A stretch of DNA of 32,000 bases from Nanopusillaceae archaeon (lineage in GTDB: Archaea; Nanobdellota; Nanobdellia; Nanobdellales; Nanobdellaceae): NCBI GenBank assembly GCA_049974095.1, contig JBMFJD010000007.1, forward strand, positions 25,719 to 57,718, in the 5' to 3' direction. Positions 25,924-32,000 of the stretch are shown here, piece by piece. The translations under genes were made by a program, and so were the position numbers. The notes under the pieces are model-generated. The model worked only from the letters and a program-made list of their open reading frames with translations. It made no database searches and was not told where the DNA came from. The first letter of the stretch is position 1. Each line of letters begins with the position of its first letter.

Positions 25924-25996
25924 CGCCCCCGCCGGGACTTGAACCCGGGACCACGGGATCGACAGTCCCGTATGCTGCCAACTACACCACGGGGGC
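25924..25996 (-). tRNA. tRNA-Asp (anticodon GUC), 73 nt, no intron, CCA not encoded
   Basis: Reverse complement: GCCCCCG TG GTGT AGTTGGCA GCAT A CGGGA CTGTCGA TCCCG TGGTC CCGGG TTCAAGT CCCGG CGGGGGC G. Confidence 0.9.
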
Positions 25997-26551
25997 TTAA
26001 ATATTATTATCACTATATCCTTTTATTTTTTCTTTTAATTTATTAAATATTTCATCAGAATAATTTTTCTTATATTCTTTTAATAAATCAATTATTTCTT
26101 TATTAAAAGGTATAATTTTATCTTTAATTAAATATTGAATAAATTGAGTTAAATTAGAAGGATTATCTTTTATTCTAGATCTTTCCCAATCAATTAAATA
26201 TATTTTATTATCCTTTATTATAATATGATCAAATGGCCTTTGCATTTCTTCTTTCTCAATTTTTAATTTATCTAAAGTAAATAATATATCTAATATTTTT
26301 TCTATATATTTTATTTTTTCTTTTATATCTAAATCTTTGAATTTCATCCCATTAATATATTCCATCTCAATTTCCATTTTTTCATCATCATAATTTATTA
26401 TTTTAGGAACAAAACCATAATCTTTTAAAAATAATAAAAAATATTTCTCTTTTTCATAATTTTTCCTTAAATTTTCTTTAAATTTCTTTATTATTGTATT
26501 TCTATCTGTTAAAAAAATTTCAGAATGCCAGCCTTCATCTATTTTTTTCAT
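25997..26551 (-). CDS. small atypical protein kinase (Bud32/RIO-like, COG2112-type)
   Basis: 184 aa with a kinase-like N-lobe (GWHSEIFLTDRNTIIKKF, MEYINGMKFKDL) and C-lobe (EEMQRPFDHIIIKDNKIYLIDWERS...NLTQF). 4-nt overlap with thrS. The choice between Bud32 and other small kinases is uncertain. Confidence 0.5.
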   Translation of the reverse strand: MKKIDEGWHSEIFLTDRNTIIKKFKENLRKNYEKEKYFLLFLKDYGFVPKIINYDDEKMEIEMEYINGMKFKDLDIKEKIKYIEKILDILFTLDKLKIEKEEMQRPFDHIIIKDNKIYLIDWERSRIKDNPSNLTQFIQYLIKDKIIPFNKEIIDLLKEYKKNYSDEIFNKLKEKIKGYSDNNI

Positions 26552-27918
26552 TCAAATATAAAATTAAAATCTTCAAATAATCTATATTTTTTATTATTTA
26601 TTTCATATACTCCTTTCTCCATTTCTTCTATTAAATTATATATTCCTTCAATATCTAATCTTTTATCTTCAATATTCTTTTTCTCCAAATTATAATATCT
26701 TACAGAATAAATATTTTCATTTACTTCTTTTTCTCCAATATATACAGTTATTGAAGGTTTATATATAGATTCTAATATTCTAGTAATATTTGATAATTCT
26801 ACCTTTGTAGAATTTATTTTTACAACTCTTATTTCTCTATTTTTTAATTCTTCATACAATTTATCTCCATATTCATTTATTTTATTATCTTTTTCTTTAT
26901 TTCCAGTATTTATTTTTATTATTGCAACTTGTATTGGATTTAAAACAAATGGTAATCTTCCTTTAAATGATTCTAAATATGCTCCAATAAACCTTTCTAC
27001 AGATCCTAGATATGCTCTATGTATTATATATAAATTATCAATTCCAAAATAATCTTTTACTAGATCTATTAATTTAAAATTCCTTGGTAAATTAAAATCT
27101 AATTGTATAGTACCTAATTGCCATTCTTTTTCTCCAATTTTTAATGTAAAATCATATTTTGGACCATAAAATGCAGCTTCTCCTATTCCTTCATATATTG
27201 AGAATCCATATTTATTTGCTAATTTATTCATTACATTTCTCATTATATTTTCTACATATTCCCAATCATCTTTGTTTCCAGAATATTCATTCATTTTATT
27301 TGGATCATGCAAACTTAATCTTACTTTAAATTCCGATCTTTTTAAATCAATACCAAACAATTTATCATATAATAAAATCATTTCATCCAATAATTTTTCT
27401 ATTTCTTTTTCCAATAAATCTGGTGTTATAAATACATGAGAATCATCCTGAGTAAATGATCTAACCCTTAATAATCCATATACACTTCCAGATGGTTCAT
27501 ATCTATGGACATTTCCCAATTCAAATATTCTAAATGGTAATTTAATTTTTCTATATTTTTCTAATATATTTATAAAAATTAGAATATGATGAGGACAATT
27601 CATTGGTTTTATAGCATATTCTTCATTTTCTATATTAAAAATATACATATTTTGTTTATAATATGATAAATGTCCAGAAATTTTATATAATTCTGTATTT
27701 GTAACTAAAGGTGATCTAACTAAATAATATCCTCTCTTAATATGAAAATCTGTAAGTATTTGTGATAACAAATTGTATGTAATTCCTCCTCCCAAAGAAA
27801 ATAATTGTAATCCTTTTCCTAATAAATCTCCAAAATTTTTATTTAACTTTTCTATTCTTCTATCATGCCTTACTAAAATATCCAATTCATCCCCTATTTC
27901 TACATGATCTTTTTCCAT
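26548..27918 (-). CDS. thrS: threonyl-tRNA synthetase, catalytic core + anticodon-binding domain only (no editing domain)
   Basis: The protein starts at the class II core (KDHVEIGDELDIL, compare RDHRKIGKQLDLY in E. coli). It has SGHLSYYKQNMY, IKPMNCPHH, RVRSFTQDDSHVF, GEAAFYGPKYDF and IHRAYLGSVERFIG, and the zinc ligands Cys/His/His are retained. At 456 aa it is well short of the ~620 aa of full archaeal ThrRS. Confidence 0.9.
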   Translation of the reverse strand: MEKDHVEIGDELDILVRHDRRIEKLNKNFGDLLGKGLQLFSLGGGITYNLLSQILTDFHIKRGYYLVRSPLVTNTELYKISGHLSYYKQNMYIFNIENEEYAIKPMNCPHHILIFINILEKYRKIKLPFRIFELGNVHRYEPSGSVYGLLRVRSFTQDDSHVFITPDLLEKEIEKLLDEMILLYDKLFGIDLKRSEFKVRLSLHDPNKMNEYSGNKDDWEYVENIMRNVMNKLANKYGFSIYEGIGEAAFYGPKYDFTLKIGEKEWQLGTIQLDFNLPRNFKLIDLVKDYFGIDNLYIIHRAYLGSVERFIGAYLESFKGRLPFVLNPIQVAIIKINTGNKEKDNKINEYGDKLYEELKNREIRVVKINSTKVELSNITRILESIYKPSITVYIGEKEVNENIYSVRYYNLEKKNIEDKRLDIEGIYNLIEEMEKGVYEINNKKYRLFEDFNFIFE

Positions 27919-27941
27919 TAAATATTTAGAAATAAATAATC

Positions 27942-28412
27942 TTATAAATTTATTCTATTTATTTCATAATAAACTATATTGTTTTCTATATCTATTATTC
28001 CTAACAATATTTTATTTTCTTTATTTTCATTCATTATATTTAACAATATAGAAAAATCAATAAATTCGTTTTCAAATATTGGATAAATATAATATTCTAT
28101 TTTATCCTTTTTCCAATCTTTAAATAAAATAACTAAATCATTATATATTCCAACATAATATCCTTTATTTCTTAAATCTTCAAATATATAATATTTTTTT
28201 ATATTTATTTTTTCTTTATAATTTTTAATAAAATCTACAAAATTCTTTATATTCTCTAATTCTAACCATCCTTTCTTTAATCCATATAAAACTTCTTCGG
28301 GTTCTAATAATATATATTTATCTTCTAATTTTCCTATTCTTCCGATTTTATCATAAAAATCTTTTTCCGCATAAAATTTTCCATTTATTTCTTTTACTAT
28401 AACTTTTTCCAT
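27942..28412 (-). CDS. tRNA-splicing endonuclease structural (beta) subunit
   Basis: EndA-like blocks EEVLYGLKKGWLEL, FEDLRNKGYYVG and KILLGIIDIENNIVYYEINRI are present. The catalytic Tyr/His/Lys positions are absent. 16-nt overlap with the catalytic subunit gene. Confidence 0.65.
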   Translation of the reverse strand: MEKVIVKEINGKFYAEKDFYDKIGRIGKLEDKYILLEPEEVLYGLKKGWLELENIKNFVDFIKNYKEKINIKKYYIFEDLRNKGYYVGIYNDLVILFKDWKKDKIEYYIYPIFENEFIDFSILLNIMNENKENKILLGIIDIENNIVYYEINRINL

Positions 28413-28822
28413 CTTATTTCTAAAAATATATTTTCTCTATCTTTTATACAATACAATATTCTTTTCCTAGTACTATGTGCAACCCTATTTTTTGATAAAA
28501 AATCATATGTATCAATTTTTTCATTAATTTTTATTGGTATTACTATCCATTTAGAATGTTCTCTAATTTTTTCATATATTCTAAATACTCCTCCAAATTT
28601 TAATCCTGTTCCAACAATATATCCCTTTTCTTTAAAATATTTATAGAAATAATAATATAAATTTATTTTTTCATCTTTTAGAAAATAATTTATATCTATT
28701 TTTTCTCCTTTTTCATTATATACTTCTATTTCTCCTTTTTCTAATAAATATAAAGCATCATAAAAGAAAATTATTTTATCATTATCCATAAATACTCCAT
28801 TTTTATACAAAATTCTTTTCAT
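28397..28822 (-). CDS. endA: tRNA-splicing endonuclease catalytic (alpha) subunit
   Basis: FKEKGYIVGTGLKFGGVFRIYEKIREHSKWIVIPI...RVAHSTRKRILYCI aligns with M. jannaschii EndA (RTRGYIVKTGLKYGADFRLYE...EHSVYLVKV...RVAHSVRKKLLIAI). The Tyr-His-Lys triad is present. Confidence 0.8.
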   Translation of the reverse strand: MKRILYKNGVFMDNDKIIFFYDALYLLEKGEIEVYNEKGEKIDINYFLKDEKINLYYYFYKYFKEKGYIVGTGLKFGGVFRIYEKIREHSKWIVIPIKINEKIDTYDFLSKNRVAHSTRKRILYCIKDRENIFLEIRWKKL

Positions 28823-28852
28823 AAGAAAAATAATGAAAAATTTCTTTATAAA

Positions 28853-28925
28853 TGCCGCCGCGGGGACTTGAACCCCGGACCTGCGGATTACAAGTCCGCC
28901 GCTCTACCAACTGAGCTACGGCGGC
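28853..28925 (-). tRNA. tRNA-Thr (anticodon UGU), 73 nt, no intron, CCA not encoded
   Basis: Reverse complement: GCCGCCG TA GCTC AGTTGGTA GAGC G GCGGA CTTGTAA TCCGC AGGTC CGGGG TTCAAGT CCCCG CGGCGGC A. Confidence 0.9.
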
Positions 28926-28961
28926 ATATAATAAAAATTACAAAAAATAAAATTTAAATTT

Positions 28962-29813
28962 TTAGCTACCTCCTAAAGAAACAACAGATTGTGCTAGAAC
29001 AGTTGGTATTGCCCCTCCATATTGTGCTTCATATCCGTTTATTGGTGTTATTTGTAAATTATAATTCTCATTTGGTACTAATGGTTTTGTTAAGTATAAC
29101 ATTATTTCATATAATTCCCCATTTGTTAAATATACACTTTCTTGATTTACTGCTAATCCTATTATTGCATATGGATCTTGTATTCCTACTTCATTCATAT
29201 CTTGTAATATTTGGAATACTTGATTTAATGATAATGGATATCCTATAATTGATGAGTTTAATCCAATTGTACATGATGTTAATGTTCCATTTACATAACT
29301 AAAGTTAACATATACATATGGTGTTGTTACATTATTTAATGTTTGACATATTTGTGCATTATTTATTGTTATATTTTGTACATTTACTTGATTGCCAAAC
29401 ATAAATCCTGTTACTACATAACTTCCTCCTTCTAATACTCCATATATTGATGTAGGCTCATATTGTGAAGGTGAGTATGAAAATACATCTCCATTACTAT
29501 CTGTTAACAATATATTTATATCTTCAAGGTTTATTGGACCAGAACCTGGCATTAATGTTACTACTGGAGCAAATACTGTTATTTCTTGTAAATAATTATT
29601 TAATTGACCTGTAGATGGATCATATTGGTATCCAAATACTTGTGTAGGTTGCATTCCTGTAGTAATTCTTTGCTGTGCTTGAGCTCCAGTTTGTAATGCT
29701 TTTGATTGTAAAGCACTTGTTGTATATATTATTACTCCTGCTGCTACTGCTGCTGTTACTATTATTGCTATTAATATTATTAATGTTGACAAACCGAACT
29801 GTGCTCTTTCCAT
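28962..29813 (-). CDS. flaB: archaellin (archaeal flagellin FlaB/ArlB family)
   Basis: N-terminus MERAQFGLSTLIILIAIIVTAAVAAGVIIYTTSALQSKALQTGAQAQQRITTG matches the archaellin class III signal and conserved hydrophobic domain (GxxGLxTLIVFIAxVLVAAVAA...QKAxxTG). The variable body has about 5 sequons. Confidence 0.75.
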   Translation of the reverse strand: MERAQFGLSTLIILIAIIVTAAVAAGVIIYTTSALQSKALQTGAQAQQRITTGMQPTQVFGYQYDPSTGQLNNYLQEITVFAPVVTLMPGSGPINLEDINILLTDSNGDVFSYSPSQYEPTSIYGVLEGGSYVVTGFMFGNQVNVQNITINNAQICQTLNNVTTPYVYVNFSYVNGTLTSCTIGLNSSIIGYPLSLNQVFQILQDMNEVGIQDPYAIIGLAVNQESVYLTNGELYEIMLYLTKPLVPNENYNLQITPINGYEAQYGGAIPTVLAQSVVSLGGS

Positions 29814-29860
29814 ATAATAGATTAGTATGTTTGATTATTATAAATTTTACCGGATAGTGG

Positions 29861-30970
29861 TTATCTATTTAATATAGCAATTGTTTCAATATGATAAGTA
29901 TGCGGGAATTGATCTATAAAAATTAAATTATCCAATTTGTATCCTCCCTTATTTATTAAAATATCAACATCTCTTTTTTGTGTTTCAGGATAACAAGATA
30001 CATAAACTATTCTTTTTGCATTAGATTGTAATATTTTCTTTATTGCCCTTTTATGTATTCCTGGTCTTGGTGGATCAATTATTATTTTATCAGCAGATAT
30101 TTTTTCCAAATTTTCTACATTTGATAATAAAAATTTTAGACCTTTTACTTCATTTATTTTTTTATTTAATTCAAACATTTCTTGATTTTCTCTATTATTA
30201 TCTATTCCAAATACATAATCCGAATATTTACCAATTTCAATTGTATAAAATCCTGCTCCAGAATATAAATCATATATTACTTCTTTTTCTTTTGGCTCTG
30301 TAAATTCTCTTACATATTTCAATAATATTTCTGCAGTATAACTATTTGGTTGATAGAAACTATTTGAGGAAACATAATAAAAATTATCCAATGCTTTTTC
30401 CTTAATATATTTTTCTCCAGCTAAATTATAATTTATATCTCCATATGAAACATCAGAAATTTTATCATTTGTTGTCCAATAGAACGAATTTGTATATTCT
30501 TTTATTTCATAATAAAATTCTAAGAATAATTTTTTATAATATTCAATATTTTCAGTTTTATAAGTTATTATATTTACCATTCTTTCATTTGTAAATTTTC
30601 CTTCTCTTATTACAATATACCTTACAAATCCTTTATTTTCTTTTACATTCCAAGGTTCCAAATTTTTATTTTTTATAAATTCTCTAAATTTATTTCTAAT
30701 TATATTTGATTCTGGAGATTGTAATAAACATTCAAATATATCTACATATGAATACCATTTTCCATATTCTTTTAATCCAACTTCATAATTATATCCTACC
30801 GCATAATCCATTCTATTTCTATAATAAAATATTTTGGGAGATTTTATTATTTCATCGAGTTCCCTTTTAAATATTTCAATTATTTTATTTACTTTATATT
30901 CTATTTGTTTATCATAAGATAGATTTTGTATTTGACATCCACCACATTTTGGAAAATGTTTACATATCAT
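29861..30970 (-). CDS. RNA (uracil-5-)-methyltransferase, RumA/TrmA family with Fe-S Cys cluster, no TRAM domain
   Basis: N-terminal CKHFPKCGGCQIQ plus the downstream FEC Cys (RumA-type 4Fe-4S ligands). SAM motif DLYSGAGFYTIEI, motif IV IIIDPPRPG, and catalytic-Cys block VYVSCYPET. Confidence 0.85.
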   Translation of the reverse strand: MICKHFPKCGGCQIQNLSYDKQIEYKVNKIIEIFKRELDEIIKSPKIFYYRNRMDYAVGYNYEVGLKEYGKWYSYVDIFECLLQSPESNIIRNKFREFIKNKNLEPWNVKENKGFVRYIVIREGKFTNERMVNIITYKTENIEYYKKLFLEFYYEIKEYTNSFYWTTNDKISDVSYGDINYNLAGEKYIKEKALDNFYYVSSNSFYQPNSYTAEILLKYVREFTEPKEKEVIYDLYSGAGFYTIEIGKYSDYVFGIDNNRENQEMFELNKKINEVKGLKFLLSNVENLEKISADKIIIDPPRPGIHKRAIKKILQSNAKRIVYVSCYPETQKRDVDILINKGGYKLDNLIFIDQFPHTYHIETIAILNR

Positions 30971-31000
30971 AAATAAAAATTAGAGGAAAGATAAAAAAGT

Positions 31001-32000
31001 TTATGAATAAAATAGTTCATAATTTCCAAAGCCAGAAGGAACAAATGTTTCATTTGTAGAAATAACACTTCCCATTCCTGCAACTATTTTTTCTACTATA
31101 TAACTTGCAACACTTGGATTATTATATAAGAATGTAATATTTGCTTGTGGAGATCCAATTAACGATATTCCTGCTACATAATTATATTGTAATCCATTTA
31201 CATTTGCTGAAGATATAATACTATTTACAGAATTTATCATTCCTTGTCCATTATATTGATATATTATACTTCCTGTAGATGTTGTTAAATTATATATAAT
31301 TCCTTGTCCAAATATATCTGCACCCAATTGTGAATTATATATAGAAATATTTGTAGCATTTCCTGTTAAATATACTCCAAATATTCCTCCATTTGTTATT
31401 ACATTACTTACATTATTTGGTTGAGTTACATATAATCCAAATACTTGTCCTACATTTATTGTTACATTATTTATTGTATTTCCTGAAGATGTTAAATATA
31501 TTCCAAATATATTTGAGTTTATATAGCTATTTAATATATAGTTACCATTTCCATTATTTATTTTTATTCCAAATATATTTGACTGTATATTGTTATTTAC
31601 TATATAATTGTTTAATGCATTTCCTTCTAAATCTATTCCAAATATTTGTCCATTTATATTTGAACTATTTATTATTACATTATATGGATTATTAATATAT
31701 ATTCCCCATACTGAAGATTTTATATTTGCATTATTAATTGTTGAATTCTGTATAGAACCTGGAGCATATATTGAACCAATATTTCCATTTATTGTTGTAT
31801 TATATATATTTAATGTTGATGGATTTGTAACCTGTACTCCAAATAATCCAGAATTTATATTATCATTTATTAAATTCAATGTTCCATTTTCTAATCTTAC
31901 TGCAAATAAATTTGTATTAATATTAATATTTTGTATTGTTACATTTGATGATAATACATCTATTACAGGTAATCCTGGATTTGCAGGTTCAAATACTGTA
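31001..32000 (-). CDS. parallel beta-helix (PbH1-like) repeat surface protein, C-terminal part (gene continues beyond window end)
   Basis: Nine or more coils with a 20-23-aa period carry a conserved aromatic-Gly (LFGV, VWGI, IFGI x3, VFGL, IFGV, IFGQ) and N-x-I/N-N ladders. The track ORF begins at a TTG, but the frame stays open to position 32000 (...TVFEPANPGLPVIDVLSSNVTIQNINI...), so the true start lies outside the window. Confidence 0.6.
   Translation of the reverse strand, partial: TVFEPANPGLPVIDVLSSNVTIQNININTNLFAVRLENGTLNLINDNINSGLFGVQVTNPSTLNIYNTTINGNIGSIYAPGSIQNSTINNANIKSSVWGIYINNPYNVIINSSNINGQIFGIDLEGNALNNYIVNNNIQSNIFGIKINNGNGNYILNSYINSNIFGIYLTSSGNTINNVTINVGQVFGLYVTQPNNVSNVITNGGIFGVYLTGNATNISIYNSQLGADIFGQGIIYNLTTSTGSIIYQYNGQGMINSVNSIISSANVNGLQYNYVAGISLIGSPQANITFLYNNPSVASYIVEKIVAGMGSVISTNETFVPSGFGNYELFYS

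Noticed and set aside
28853-28925. tRNA-Thr and tRNA-Asn share identical acceptor stems and D stems, considered as a recent duplication or anticodon switch
   Set aside because: The anticodon stems, variable loops, T arms and discriminator bases all differ. GC-clamped GCCGCCG acceptor stems are common in thermophile tRNAs, so the shared stems are more likely convergent constraint than recent duplication.
29675-29857. 60-aa plus-strand ORF with a long poly-Leu run (LLLLLLLLLLLLLL)
   Set aside because: It is the antisense reading of the archaellin N-terminal hydrophobic helix, whose GCT/GCA/GTT/ATT codons read as Leu-rich on the other strand. The archaellin frame is clearly the real one.
1334-31695. 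The remaining antisense or shadow ORFs in the track: 1334..1570, 1634..1816, 2453..2803, 3696..3887, 5123..5323, 7417..7722, 8107..8337, 11270..11491, 14409..14621, 15863..16051, 18675..18872, 20289..20516, 22371..22580, 24263..24472, 24602..24814, 25146..25466, 25373..25684, 28991..29248, 30043..30303, 31393..31695
   Set aside because: Each lies inside, and opposite or out of frame to, a longer ORF with clear family motifs. The one exception is 1634..1816, which sits in the non-coding gap at 1615..2082 and is dismissed on composition alone. Their translations are Leu/Phe/Ile/Tyr-rich low-complexity strings with no motifs.
1-32000. CRISPR arrays, transposases, integrases, toxin-antitoxin or other defence modules, and tRNA-flanking integration scars
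   Set aside because: I saw no regularly spaced direct repeats. No ORF has transposase, integrase, Cas or nuclease-defence motifs. There are no duplicated tRNA 3' fragments near the four tRNA genes. This is based on reading by eye only, so a repeat finder should confirm it.

Overview
This is a very AT-rich, extremely gene-dense archaeal chromosome segment, roughly a quarter GC by eye (not computed). Its four tRNA genes stand out as GC-rich islands, which is the usual signature of a thermophile with an AT-biased genome. Gene content, miniaturised proteins, overlapping genes and separately encoded protein halves resemble reduced, host-associated Nanoarchaeota-type genomes (Nanopusillus/Nanobsidianus-like). 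That placement is inference from composition and gene content only. I support about 40 protein genes, 4 tRNAs and 2 short gene fragments. Housekeeping genes: ThiI, enolase, AGOG DNA glycosylase, a uL29-SUI1-Rpp29 remnant of the ribosomal cluster, Kae1, eS6, aIF5B, an ABC-2 exporter pair, a sugar nucleotidyltransferase, the eS28-eL24-Ndk cluster, a catalytic-core-only ThrRS, a small atypical kinase, adjacent splicing endonuclease alpha and beta subunits, and a RumA/TrmA-type m5U methyltransferase. Cell-surface genes: a Pilin_N-type pilin, an Epd/DUF361-like pilin next to two separate single-domain FlaJ/TadC-type platform genes, an isolated archaellin, a four-gene overlapping N-glycosylation operon (very large AglB, AglH-like GPT, flippase, PfkB kinase), and a parallel beta-helix repeat protein that runs off the window end. 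I found no CRISPR array, transposase, integrase or recognisable defence system. I did not find a clear-cut novel multi-gene system. Most worth a second look: (1) the pilus or archaellum platform encoded as two head-to-head genes, one carrying an extracellular C-terminal domain; (2) an inorganic-pyrophosphatase-like protein that has lost its acidic catalytic residues; (3) a junction of two gene fragments next to the pilin gene; (4) the oversized AglB operon; (5) coding ends that abut or overlap tRNA genes and convergent neighbours.
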